Below, one piece after another: positions 35,545 to 45,713 of a stretch of DNA of 59,048 nucleotides. The position numbers and the translations under genes were made by a program. Origin of the DNA: a virus (lineage: Duplodnaviria > Caudoviricetes); IMG/VR virus record IMGVR_UViG_3300047550_004734, positions 1 through 59,048 of that record, one strand, 5' to 3'. The first letter of the stretch is position 1, and every line of letters begins with the position of its first letter. The notes under the pieces are model-generated. The model made no database searches and had not been told where the DNA came from. It was given only the letters and a program-made list of their open reading frames with translations.

Positions 35545-36192
35545 TTACAATGAGTTTAAAAACTCATTAAATAGACTCAATTTATACTCTTCAAGTAGTT
35601 TTTGATCTACTAAAGTATTAATTCTTTTTTCAAACTTTGAAACTTTTTGTTCAAGAATACCATTATTCCAAACCCATTCTTTACCTTCCATAATTCCTTG
35701 AACAAATGCATCTGGTGCAGAAGGATCTGCGACAATATCTGCTGCAGTAGCAAGCATAAAATCTTCACCAACTTCTCTGTATCCCTTTTGATTTTCTCTT
35801 AGAGAACCAATTCCGCGAGAAGAAACGCCAAGAGTTACTCCATCTTTTAAAAGAGATTCTGCAATTTTCCCCATAGGAGTAGATAAAATTTGAGCTTTTC
35901 CCACAAAATTATTTCCTTCTTGATGAAGTTCAACAATTTTATGAGAAACTCTATCAAGATTTACTGTAGGACCATCTGGATGTCCAAGTTCACCGAGAGC
36001 ACGACCTTTATTTACATAATGTTCGGTATAACGCTTTACTTCTCTCTCCATAATAGAAAGAGGATAAAGTCTTCCATTTCTGTTTACACACTCGGCCTGT
36101 AAAAATGGACCTTTGATATAAAGAGTTTGCTTACCATTTACCTTTTCGGTAAGAACTTCAATTTTTTCTACTTCTTCTCTGATAAGTTTCAT
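35545..36192 (-). CDS. gp21: prohead protease
   Basis: NRNGRLYP, ALGELGHP, GVSSRGIGS, DIVADPSAPDAFV. Confidence 0.97.
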   Translation of the reverse strand: MKLIREEVEKIEVLTEKVNGKQTLYIKGPFLQAECVNRNGRLYPLSIMEREVKRYTEHYVNKGRALGELGHPDGPTVNLDRVSHKIVELHQEGNNFVGKAQILSTPMGKIAESLLKDGVTLGVSSRGIGSLRENQKGYREVGEDFMLATAADIVADPSAPDAFVQGIMEGKEWVWNNGILEQKVSKFEKRINTLVDQKLLEEYKLSLFNEFLNSL

Positions 36193-36743
36193 TATGCTTG
36201 TCCTGAGATTTGTACTTGTTGATAATAAAGAGTTCCTGATCCAACACCATATGCAGAAACTTTATTTGAAAGTGTAACTGAAGCATCTTGTGAAGAAAAT
36301 GCTGTTACAATTCCAGATGAATTATAACTTACAGTCATTCTGGTCTGATAATATCCATTTACACCAGCAGAAGTATCAACTGACAACACCTGTCTGTGTG
36401 CAAAATTATAATATGGTTGGTCACTTGTAGTTAATGTAACATAATCACCAACACCAAAAGGAACTTGTGTACCTTCAGGAACAGTTACAATAGTAGTTGT
36501 CCCTGTAGTAATACCAACAACTCTATTTGATGCTTTAGTTAATCCTAAAGTTACAGAATCTCCTGAAGAAACATAATAATCGGAAGTTGATGCTGAAGGA
36601 TTAACACCAATAGCAATATGCGCTGAACCACCAACTGCAACTACTCGCAAAACATTTGATTGAATGGAAAAAGCAGATGATGTAGATGCAGCACCTGCAG
36701 TAAAACTAAATGAGGAGCATACTCCAATTGGTCTATGAGCCAT
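36192..36743 (-). CDS. hypothetical, probably virion protein
   Basis: 183 aa, S/T/G/V-rich, in the head module, TAAATA upstream. Confidence 0.8.
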   Translation of the reverse strand: MAHRPIGVCSSFSFTAGAASTSSAFSIQSNVLRVVAVGGSAHIAIGVNPSASTSDYYVSSGDSVTLGLTKASNRVVGITTGTTTIVTVPEGTQVPFGVGDYVTLTTSDQPYYNFAHRQVLSVDTSAGVNGYYQTRMTVSYNSSGIVTAFSSQDASVTLSNKVSAYGVGSGTLYYQQVQISGQA

Positions 36744-36790
36744 TATTTTAAAAATACACTTTTAGTTATTTATTATTTAATTAAATTTAA

Positions 36791-38368
36791 TTAATCAACT
36801 TCCCAAATAAGAGAGCTGTATGTTGAATTAACCTGAGCAGATTTTATTGCCAAGGAAATATTACTTCCAGGAGAAATTACAATTCTATAATCTGACAAAT
36901 CAATATTCAATGTTCCACTACTAGGTATTGCATAAGATAGAATTGGTGTATTTGTAGTTTCACTTATAGTTCCATCTTCTTTACAAATTAATGCAATTGA
37001 ATTTCCTCCAGGTTGAGTATTAAAAATATGAGAACCTGTTACTAAAGGAGAGTCCAAAAATACTAAAATTTCAGCAGGAGCGTTTCCACTATTAAATGTT
37101 CCAGTCAACCCTCTCATAATTATTTCTCTTGAATTGATCACTCCATTATTTGTAGTTGGATTTTGAATAGTAATCAAATGATTTACTACGTTCGCTGTTA
37201 ATCCAGCAGTGCTTCTTGATGTAGAACTCGGATATGTATTTTGAACAATTTTTCCTTCAACTCCCATCATTAATGATGCCCCATAAACTGAAGCAGTCGA
37301 AGCAATACCAACACCACCTAAATTTGCTGCAACATATCCAATTTTAAATGATGGATTATCGACCCAAGGAATAGTATGTTTGTTACTATAATGACTATGG
37401 TGAAAGAAAATCATATCCCCATTTAATGGATTTTCTATCGCATATCTTTGCTCACCAGCACCTAACCAACGATAATTAATTTGAAATACATTTAATTTTG
37501 ATGTATCTAAAGTAACTCCGGATGGATTTGCTGTGCCACCAACACCAGTTAAATTATCAAGATTCCAATCTTCCTGATATGTCCATTCCTCTGTGGCATT
37601 GACTCCTGTTTGAATTGTTGTAAATGTTCCTACTGCTCCCGTCGTTCCTGGAATAAATTGAAAATTTCCTGTTTGAGGTCCAACTGAATTTGCTAAAAAT
37701 ATAATGGTATTATCTCTTTGGTCTGGAATATGAGTTACGTATGAAGTGCTAAATCCCAGTTTTGCTGCTGTTGCTGATGTAACTCCAGAATTATTTACAA
37801 GAGATATACTATATGGAGTTCCATTTAAAATGACTGTTGAAATTCCAGAAGAACTTGCTGCAGTGGTAATTGTAAGTTTTCTGATTTCTGCCTTTGTTCC
37901 ATATTGACGAAGAATACCAAATCTTCCATTAGTATTAAATCCAACTTGTAGTGCCGATTCTTGACTAAAAAATCCTGCTCTTAGAGTTACACCTGTGGTA
38001 GGGTTGGAGAAAGCTGCAGTAAATCTAGCAACTCCTCCTTGCCCTGGTCTATATCTTAAAAATCTTTTTGAACGAACTACACCATATCCATATGCACTTG
38101 TTCCAGTTTCTGCAACGAACAAACTATTTCTTGTTGTTCCTATTCCACTCGTAAAAGAATACGTTTGAAAACTGTTTGTGGGAAGTCCGTAGATTGGATC
38201 TAATTGAACTACAGGAGTAATTTCAGAAACTGCATATTCACCGAAAGCACCTCTGCCAGTAGCACCTTCATTTATAATATTACCGTACTGATCAGCACGA
38301 ATATAAACTTCGTGGAGAGTTCTTTCTTGATTTAAGTAATCTTGTTGATTTTTATTCCACTGCGCCAT
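36791..38368 (-). CDS. hypothetical beta-rich protein, probably structural
   Basis: 525 aa; RYRPGQG, INYRWLGAG; inserted in the head module. Confidence 0.8.
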   Translation of the reverse strand: MAQWNKNQQDYLNQERTLHEVYIRADQYGNIINEGATGRGAFGEYAVSEITPVVQLDPIYGLPTNSFQTYSFTSGIGTTRNSLFVAETGTSAYGYGVVRSKRFLRYRPGQGGVARFTAAFSNPTTGVTLRAGFFSQESALQVGFNTNGRFGILRQYGTKAEIRKLTITTAASSSGISTVILNGTPYSISLVNNSGVTSATAAKLGFSTSYVTHIPDQRDNTIIFLANSVGPQTGNFQFIPGTTGAVGTFTTIQTGVNATEEWTYQEDWNLDNLTGVGGTANPSGVTLDTSKLNVFQINYRWLGAGEQRYAIENPLNGDMIFFHHSHYSNKHTIPWVDNPSFKIGYVAANLGGVGIASTASVYGASLMMGVEGKIVQNTYPSSTSRSTAGLTANVVNHLITIQNPTTNNGVINSREIIMRGLTGTFNSGNAPAEILVFLDSPLVTGSHIFNTQPGGNSIALICKEDGTISETTNTPILSYAIPSSGTLNIDLSDYRIVISPGSNISLAIKSAQVNSTYSSLIWEVD

Positions 38369-38371
38369 AAA

Positions 38372-38689
38372 TCAAATCCATTCTAATTTCGATGGATGAT
38401 ATCTTTTTGTTTCTTTAACTTTTAAATTATTTTCCAAAACTGGATAAATCTGATGAACAATTGCTCCAGGATATTCTCTTTGCAATTGTTCACCTAAAGA
38501 TTGTTTTGACGGAATTCCATTTGTGGAATTTAATTCCATCCTATAGAGACTTCCATTCCAAAAAACATCTGCAACATATTCCTCTCCTACCGACCTTTGT
38601 TCTGCTTGACTAGAGTTAATATAAAGATTTCCGTTAAAATCACCAGAAATATTTACGGATTCGGAGATGAACTGTTTGAATGATTTCAT
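38372..38689 (-). CDS. hypothetical protein with capsid-targeting-like N terminus
   Basis: Starts MKSFKQFISE; shares a domain with 45714..47636. Confidence 0.8.
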   Translation of the reverse strand: MKSFKQFISESVNISGDFNGNLYINSSQAEQRSVGEEYVADVFWNGSLYRMELNSTNGIPSKQSLGEQLQREYPGAIVHQIYPVLENNLKVKETKRYHPSKLEWI

Positions 38690-38838
38690 TCTTCTTCTCT
38701 ATTAAACATTGAGTTTGCTACTATAGGACGAAAATCATCAATTTTTTCGGCGGATCTTACAAAGAGTAGTTCTTTGATTTTGTCACTAATCTGAGAAGGA
38801 GACTCATCTGCAGCGATCATATCTAATAAATCATCCAT
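38686..38838 (-). CDS. small acidic prohead core protein (gp67-like by position)
   Basis: Not in the ORF track. MDDLLDMIAADESPSQISDKIKELLFVRSAEKIDDFRPIVANSMFNREEE, directly after the portal gene. Confidence 0.75.
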   Translation of the reverse strand: MDDLLDMIAADESPSQISDKIKELLFVRSAEKIDDFRPIVANSMFNREEE

Positions 38839-38869
38839 TTTTATAAACCAATTAAATAATCGTTTTTAT

Positions 38870-40558
38870 TTATATCTCACCACCTTTGGGCATTTCTACT
38901 TGTTTACCACTTGCAACAACATCTTTTGCTTGTGATGTAATATCTGGTTCCATTACAGGTTGCCCCAGATCCATTTGTGAAGTTTGATCTAGTGGCATTC
39001 CAGTTGCAGGATCAATTTGTTGATTTGGATCTGGAATTACCCCATTTTTAATTTCTTTTTTAATTTGAGCATCCTGTTCAATAATTTCAACATCAGTTTG
39101 TCTAAGAATTTTACGTCTTACGTAATCTTGAGAGAAATATTTTCCAACATAAGGTTCAGCTACTTGAACCATTGTTAATCTTTCATTCAATAGTTCTGCA
39201 TCTTTAAGTTCTGCAAAATGATTATCATATAAGAAATCATATTGAATGTGTTCATCCATTTGCTGCCAATCTTCTGGAGTAATAATATTTTTAAGAATCA
39301 ATTGAGTTCTTAACATATCACTAAACATATATGAGAATCTCTTTCTCAAGCGTGAAACAAATTTACTAAATTTAACTTCATCTCGAAGAATTTCTGATGA
39401 ACGACCTAAATTAAATCCACCCTCACCATCCATTCGTGATGGGGGAACATTTAATGACCTATAAAGTTTTTTCTGGAAATAGTTAATATCAGTGATTTCT
39501 CCTAAATTTTGACCACCAGGAAGAGTTGAAATTTCTGTTCCTCTTCCACCTTCTCTTCTTGGAAGCCAAAAGTCTTCAAGCATTGCCATAAATTTTTTAT
39601 CATCACGAACTTCTCCAGTACTAGCATCATAAACTAATTTATTTCTATATCTCATCATAACATCTCGCAGATATTGTTCTGCTTTAATCTTTGGTAAATT
39701 ACCAACATCAATATAAAAAATTCTTCTTTCTGGGGCACGAGACAATCTATAAATCACTAGAGAATCTTCAATCATTCTAAGTTGATTGAGTGATTTAATT
39801 GCCTTATGTAAATATGAAAGTGTAGATCCTTTATTTCTATCAACCAGACCAGAAGTACAGTATGTAATAGAATCTTTTGTCATTCTAACTCCAGAATTTG
39901 ATCCTCCAAGAGTTCCTGGTGCTGGAGAACCAGTTGGATATGACATCTTAGGTTCATAAATGAAATATTCTTCAATTTCAGGAAAATCATAATCCATTGG
40001 ATTATCAACATTTCTATTAGAAACTTTATATTTATTTTCTGGTTTTTTCTTTGCTTGTCTCACATAACGCATTTTTAATGCATCAATATATCTTAATTCT
40101 TGTATTCCAGATTCTGGATTTTTTAAATCAATAATTTTGTGGTAGTATAATCTGCCATCAATATACCAATTTCTATAAATTTCATGAGACTTTTTATCAA
40201 AATCTAATAACTCTAAAATATATTTAAATTCTTGTCTTATCTTTTTTTTGATTCCATCACTAGCATTTAAATTATCAAGATCTATTTGTACTGGACTATC
40301 ATTGGTGTCGCTTACAATTGCTTCATTAACGATATCTTCAATAGCACTATCACATTCAGGGTGAAGCGCCATTTCTCTATATCTTTTGATTAGATCAAAT
40401 TCAGTTCTATATACTCCTTCAATATCAACATAAGAACCAAAAAATCCACTACTTAAATAATGATCAACCCCGTCCTCCTTATTTGGAGGAACGGGGGAAA
40501 TTGTAGATGGAGATAATGATTCATTGTCTTCAATTGAAAATCCAAATAATTTTGCCAT
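38870..40558 (-). CDS. gp20: portal vertex protein
   Basis: YREMALHPE, WYIDGR, YRLSRAPERRIFYIDVGNLP, EDFWLPRREGGRGTEI. Confidence 0.99.
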   Translation of the reverse strand: MAKLFGFSIEDNESLSPSTISPVPPNKEDGVDHYLSSGFFGSYVDIEGVYRTEFDLIKRYREMALHPECDSAIEDIVNEAIVSDTNDSPVQIDLDNLNASDGIKKKIRQEFKYILELLDFDKKSHEIYRNWYIDGRLYYHKIIDLKNPESGIQELRYIDALKMRYVRQAKKKPENKYKVSNRNVDNPMDYDFPEIEEYFIYEPKMSYPTGSPAPGTLGGSNSGVRMTKDSITYCTSGLVDRNKGSTLSYLHKAIKSLNQLRMIEDSLVIYRLSRAPERRIFYIDVGNLPKIKAEQYLRDVMMRYRNKLVYDASTGEVRDDKKFMAMLEDFWLPRREGGRGTEISTLPGGQNLGEITDINYFQKKLYRSLNVPPSRMDGEGGFNLGRSSEILRDEVKFSKFVSRLRKRFSYMFSDMLRTQLILKNIITPEDWQQMDEHIQYDFLYDNHFAELKDAELLNERLTMVQVAEPYVGKYFSQDYVRRKILRQTDVEIIEQDAQIKKEIKNGVIPDPNQQIDPATGMPLDQTSQMDLGQPVMEPDITSQAKDVVASGKQVEMPKGGEI

Positions 40559-40594
40559 AATTTATTTTATCTGCTCTAATGTTTAGACTATTTA

Positions 40595-41161
40595 TTACGA
40601 TTCTCCAGATACTGGTGTCCAATACTGAACTTGGAAATCTACAGTAAATTCTTCAATAGTATCAGTAGTGTCATAAGAAAGATCAATAGCAGAGATATTG
40701 GTTGGAAAAATATCAAAGAACCTATAAGTAGCAGCAGTCTCAAGACCTGTTCCTGTAGATGTATTTTTTCCTACAGAACTAAGACCTCTTCTAAATTGTT
40801 TTACATAAGCATCACACATATAATCTGATGGATTTGTAAATCCACTTGCATCTCCATATTGTCCTATGGATTGTGCCCAAGCTTCCATAGCATCTCTAAT
40901 ACTGAAATCTTGATCATTAATAATAGTAATGGTCCAAGTATCAAATGTTCGATCTCCTGCAACTTTAAAAACTCTTCCTCTGAAAGGAACATCAATTGAC
41001 CCTATGGTTGATGCAGGTAGTGCTGCTGCTTTACATAAAATTGGAAAATTTGAAGTAAGAGTTATTCCACTAGGGGGAGATGGAATAGTAACTTCAAATA
41101 AATTAGGGCGAGCTCCTCCACCGCTAAGTGCTGATTTGAAGTCTTGAATAGAATTTGCCAT
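40595..41161 (-). CDS. gp19: tail tube protein
   Basis: GGARPNLFEV, VPFRGR, AGDRTFDTW, IEEFTVDFQVQYW. Confidence 0.97.
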   Translation of the reverse strand: MANSIQDFKSALSGGGARPNLFEVTIPSPPSGITLTSNFPILCKAAALPASTIGSIDVPFRGRVFKVAGDRTFDTWTITIINDQDFSIRDAMEAWAQSIGQYGDASGFTNPSDYMCDAYVKQFRRGLSSVGKNTSTGTGLETAATYRFFDIFPTNISAIDLSYDTTDTIEEFTVDFQVQYWTPVSGES

Positions 41162-41194
41162 TTTTAATTCCTCCTTGTAATTTTGTTAATTTAA

Positions 41195-43732
41195 TCAAAC
41201 AGTACCAGCAACTTCTTCAAAACTTATTCCAGTTCTGGTGGCAACAAAAGTAAGTGTAATATAGTTAATAGATTTAGTGGGTTTTAAATAAATATCAGCC
41301 CTAAATTCATTATTATCAATTACATCAGGAGTATTATTTGAAGAATCGCAAACAACTAAGAATCCATAAAGACCTCGTTTTGCCTGAACATCACGGAGAT
41401 ATGGTTCTACAATATTTCTGAAGTTTGCTCTTGTAATTTCATCATTTAATTCAAATAATTGAGATTGGGCACTTCTACGTAAAACTTGTTCAACAGTAAG
41501 GAATAATCTGCGTACATTAATTCTATCAAAAGCAGATGCATATCCAAGTCCAGTTTTGTCACCAAAAAGTAAAATACCAATTCCTGGCTGATTAATTATC
41601 GCATTAATTCTTTGGGAATAAAGTTGATCTCTCTGAGATTTAGATGGATTATATGCTAACTTAATAGCATTATTTAATATTCCTCTCTGCTGTCCAGCAG
41701 GAGAGAACCATGGATAAGAAAAAATTGAGGTTCTAGACATAAGTCCAGCAACATCAGCATTGCAAGGAATATATCTAAATTTATTATTGAATCTATCATA
41801 AGTGTACTTATATCCAGTATCAAAAACTGCATAAGATGAGGATGGTAAAGGAGAGAAAAACTCTAAAACATTATCGGTTTGAGTGTCTGGATTGGTAACA
41901 TCAACCACATCAGTTCTGTGTGGAGAAATTACTGCAATACAATCTTTTCTTTGATTTGCTATAGAAATTAGTTCAGAAGCTTTTGCTTGAGATTCGAATT
42001 TATCAGAACAACCAGGACCCATAATGAGATAATCAACTGCAACTTCATCATCGTTTGTAAACAATCTATATGACGTAATCAAATCTCCAAGTTCTGCCTT
42101 CATGGTTCCAGTTTCTCCTGGATTAGCATTTGTATAGTCTTTACCTCCACTTAAGGTATATGTTGCATTTCCAAGGGCACTAAATGTAATATCCTGTGCC
42201 TCTTGATCCCAAAGACCTTCAGTATCCTCCAAAGGAGAATGAAGATCAGAAAATCCTGTTGGGGAAACTTGTTCGTTATTGGATTCGTCAGATGGATTAT
42301 CTCCAACGTAAATATAATTTGAATATCTGGCAACGTAATCTCTCCACCAAATCTTAGTTGGTGAATTAACTGCTGAAACAGTATCAATTGCCTTAGAAAG
42401 ACCAACATGCTTTTCTAGCAAGTTTCCTTGAATACCTGTTATTTCTCCAGTATCATCAACAACGACAATGTGAATCTCATCACTCTTCCCATTTCTATCA
42501 GCAACATATTGACTTGTTCCTGGTTTAGGTGCAATTGATCTCCAGTAGACAGTACTATTTGTAAGACCAAGAGTTTGCTGATCATACCAATCTTTAACAG
42601 AACTTGCAGAAGCAGAAAGCGTTACTGCTGTTCCTATAGGTGATCCACTATCATCAGTAAAATTAAGAGTAGCACCTGGTCTAAATGATGCATAATTTGT
42701 TCTTACTTTATAATCAACTGGAGTAATTGTGCTAGATCCTGCAGCAACGCGACCAACAATCTTAACATCTATTGCATTGTCCTGTACTCCCGTAACAATA
42801 CCTTTAAGATAACCTGTAAATGTTGATGTACTTCCTGCTCCAGGAACAACAACATCATTTAATGCAACAGTAACTCCAACCCCAATTCCATCCTGAACAG
42901 CACCAGTTAATGCAGTTAAAGTTGCTGCAGATGTTGATCCGATAGATAAAATTTGATCTGCTCTATCATCAATAAAACAAACTTTAAGATTATTTGCCCA
43001 GGATCCAGGATTCTTTGCTGCAAATATGTAATTAGCAATACCATCATCGTGGTTTTGGTTGTAGTCATCAAAATTTTTGATTTTTAATGTTGCAGCACCA
43101 ACAGTAGAAATACCACCTGTTGTATAAATGTCTGTAATATTAAAAGAAATACTGACTGTTGTTCCTACCCCTACTCCACCTATCGCTGTTCCTGGAATTG
43201 TAATAGTATCATTAGTGGCAAATCCTGATCCTCCAGTCGTAACTATAACAGTTGGTATATTAGATGTGCTTGTAACACCAACAGAAAAAACTGCTCCAAT
43301 ACCACTACCACTTGTTGTATATAAAGATTCAGTTACTGTATAAGTTCCTTGTGTTCTTTGTGTTGTTGCAATACCAACAGAATTACTTACAGTGCTAATT
43401 CCACTAATTTCTCCACTTCTAAGTCTTCTTGCATTGGCATTGACCATTGCGCCAGATTCAGCACTATCAGTTCTTACGATTTTCATTACACCACCGTAAG
43501 AAAGAAATGATGATGCACTCATCCAATACTCATACTGCCCATCAAGATTTAATGGTTTTCCGAAAACATCGATTAAATCTTTTTCCGTAGCAATATCAAT
43601 TGGCTCATCAACAGGACCTTTAGGAAATGGTCCAGCCATAACACCAATATTATCTAAAACATTATCAGCTCTTCCTACTGTTAAATCAACCTCTCTGACG
43701 AGTACGCCTGGAGATAATTGAGGAGTTGCCAT
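41195..43732 (-). CDS. gp18: tail sheath protein
   Basis: SPGVLVREVDLT, PWFSPAG, SAFDRINVRRLF, FELND. Confidence 0.98.
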   Translation of the reverse strand: MATPQLSPGVLVREVDLTVGRADNVLDNIGVMAGPFPKGPVDEPIDIATEKDLIDVFGKPLNLDGQYEYWMSASSFLSYGGVMKIVRTDSAESGAMVNANARRLRSGEISGISTVSNSVGIATTQRTQGTYTVTESLYTTSGSGIGAVFSVGVTSTSNIPTVIVTTGGSGFATNDTITIPGTAIGGVGVGTTVSISFNITDIYTTGGISTVGAATLKIKNFDDYNQNHDDGIANYIFAAKNPGSWANNLKVCFIDDRADQILSIGSTSAATLTALTGAVQDGIGVGVTVALNDVVVPGAGSTSTFTGYLKGIVTGVQDNAIDVKIVGRVAAGSSTITPVDYKVRTNYASFRPGATLNFTDDSGSPIGTAVTLSASASSVKDWYDQQTLGLTNSTVYWRSIAPKPGTSQYVADRNGKSDEIHIVVVDDTGEITGIQGNLLEKHVGLSKAIDTVSAVNSPTKIWWRDYVARYSNYIYVGDNPSDESNNEQVSPTGFSDLHSPLEDTEGLWDQEAQDITFSALGNATYTLSGGKDYTNANPGETGTMKAELGDLITSYRLFTNDDEVAVDYLIMGPGCSDKFESQAKASELISIANQRKDCIAVISPHRTDVVDVTNPDTQTDNVLEFFSPLPSSSYAVFDTGYKYTYDRFNNKFRYIPCNADVAGLMSRTSIFSYPWFSPAGQQRGILNNAIKLAYNPSKSQRDQLYSQRINAIINQPGIGILLFGDKTGLGYASAFDRINVRRLFLTVEQVLRRSAQSQLFELNDEITRANFRNIVEPYLRDVQAKRGLYGFLVVCDSSNNTPDVIDNNEFRADIYLKPTKSINYITLTFVATRTGISFEEVAGTV

Positions 43733-43814
43733 GTTTTTCTCCGTAAATCTCAGTTTAACTAAAAATTATTTATTAAAAACTAACTTTACGGGGAAGGAAA
43801 TAAGACGTGAATAT

Positions 43815-44045
43815 TTACCAATCAGGATATTCCCACTTCAAATGAGTTAATTTATTTTTTTTACTTTCAATAATTCTTTTTATCGTGCATTCTTTACATT
43901 CATAAGAATAAGAAGATGCTACTGGACCTCTATCTTTTCTTGTTCTATAAAATTCACCTATTAGATTTTTTAACTCCCCACAAGTTCTACATTTCCTATC
44001 ATTTAAAAGTAAATGTCCAAGTTTTATTTGCTTATCAATATCCAT
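43815..44045 (-). CDS. small Zn-finger protein
   Basis: CRTC..FYR..YSYECKEC; start MDIDKQ at 44045 overlaps the gp17 stop. Confidence 0.8.
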   Translation of the reverse strand: MDIDKQIKLGHLLLNDRKCRTCGELKNLIGEFYRTRKDRGPVASSYSYECKECTIKRIIESKKNKLTHLKWEYPDW

Positions 44046-45697
44046 TATGATAGATATTCCCACATATAAGCACTGTCACCGTATTCATCTAAAAACCATC
44101 GATCCCCATCTTTATCTATAAAACTACTATCATCTAAACCGTCCGAAATGAATCCAAATGGAGACATATCTTGTTCAATTTGATTTTTTTGTTCCTCATA
44201 TAATCGTTTTCTTACATCTTGATCAGTAAGCTCTTTAAAATAATCTTGAGCGACTAACCAAGCATAAATTACCAGACACATTGCAAGATCATCATTACAC
44301 CCTTCCTCAGCTTCAAAAGAGTTATGTTTTTGAATAAAAGTTGTCAATTCACTCATTATGTCATAATCTTTAAATAATAATTTACTTTCTTCAATCATCG
44401 TTTTTAAATTTAGACACCCAACTTTTTTAACAGTTTTGGACATCTTTACTCCCAATTGAGTTTTTTTACCAGAAAATCCTTGCCCAACTATTTGACCTGC
44501 CCTACCTCGCATAGAACACATAAGAAGATTGTTATATTCTAAATCATAATGTATAATAGATGCTACTTGGTCCCCTACATCATTAACTTCACACAAAATA
44601 TATGCATTATTGTAGTTTTTTGCAACATCAACAATAATGCTAGGAAATAGCATAGGTTTTATTTCATTATTACGATATTTTGCTACAACTTGATGTGGAA
44701 ATGTAGTAATATCAATTACAGTAAAAGCAGAATAATCATTTCCCACTCCTCTTGCCACATCGACAGTTATTAAATAATCATGATTATCAACTACATCTTC
44801 ATATACATCTAATCCACCACTACTTGTTTTAGGAATGTCGAACACTAAAGACCTAAGTTTTGATGGTGCAATAAGAGTATCTACCGATCCTAAAAATTCA
44901 CATTCAAATTCAACTTTGAATTGAGATTCTGAAGTATTTGCAATAGTTTGTTTTTTCCACTCTTCATCTCTACCTGGAACTTCAGACCAGTGAACATCGG
45001 TAAATACATATTCATTTTTACCTTTTTCCGCATCATGCCACATACGGTAGAAATGATTCATACCATGTGGAGTTGAAACAATTATAACTTTTGTTTGTTT
45101 GCCAGAAGTAATCGTTGGATATACTGATGCAAAGAATGAATCTGCAATGTGATTTGGAACGAATGCAAATTCATCCAAAAATAAGATATTGAATGACATA
45201 CCACGAACTGCAGAAGCAGAAGTAGAAGCAGCCAGGATTTTACTTCCATTTTCCAATTCCAAGGAACCTTTGTTCCAAGATACAATTCCCTGCTGCATCC
45301 ACTTTGGTAGATTTTCATATGCGGTTTGTAATCTGTCTAATAGTTCCCTTGCAGTAGCTGCTTTGTTTGCCAAGATACCAATATTGACATTATCATTAAA
45401 AACTGCATAATGTAAAAGAAATGCCACAACAGTGGTAGATTTACCAGTCTGTCTGGGCATCTTGCAGATATTAAATCTGTGCTTATGGAAATTACTAATT
45501 AACTTTTCTTGAAAATGATATGGTTGAAATGACTGCAATCCATGATCAAGAGTTACAATTTTAACATAATTTTTTGCAAAATAAACTGGGTCATTCATGC
45601 ACTTTACAATCTCAACAATTTGCTCTTCGGTAAATTCGTGAGTTGTATTTGCTTTTTTTAATAGTGGATTGCCAAGATATACATCATTACTTGCCAT
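44045..45697 (-). CDS. gp17: terminase large subunit
   Basis: PRQTGKST, FLDEFAF, VSTPHG, VDVARG, DDLAM; no intein. Confidence 0.98.
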   Translation of the reverse strand: MASNDVYLGNPLLKKANTTHEFTEEQIVEIVKCMNDPVYFAKNYVKIVTLDHGLQSFQPYHFQEKLISNFHKHRFNICKMPRQTGKSTTVVAFLLHYAVFNDNVNIGILANKAATARELLDRLQTAYENLPKWMQQGIVSWNKGSLELENGSKILAASTSASAVRGMSFNILFLDEFAFVPNHIADSFFASVYPTITSGKQTKVIIVSTPHGMNHFYRMWHDAEKGKNEYVFTDVHWSEVPGRDEEWKKQTIANTSESQFKVEFECEFLGSVDTLIAPSKLRSLVFDIPKTSSGGLDVYEDVVDNHDYLITVDVARGVGNDYSAFTVIDITTFPHQVVAKYRNNEIKPMLFPSIIVDVAKNYNNAYILCEVNDVGDQVASIIHYDLEYNNLLMCSMRGRAGQIVGQGFSGKKTQLGVKMSKTVKKVGCLNLKTMIEESKLLFKDYDIMSELTTFIQKHNSFEAEEGCNDDLAMCLVIYAWLVAQDYFKELTDQDVRKRLYEEQKNQIEQDMSPFGFISDGLDDSSFIDKDGDRWFLDEYGDSAYMWEYLS

Positions 45698-45713
45698 GAT
45701 AAATCCTCAATTA

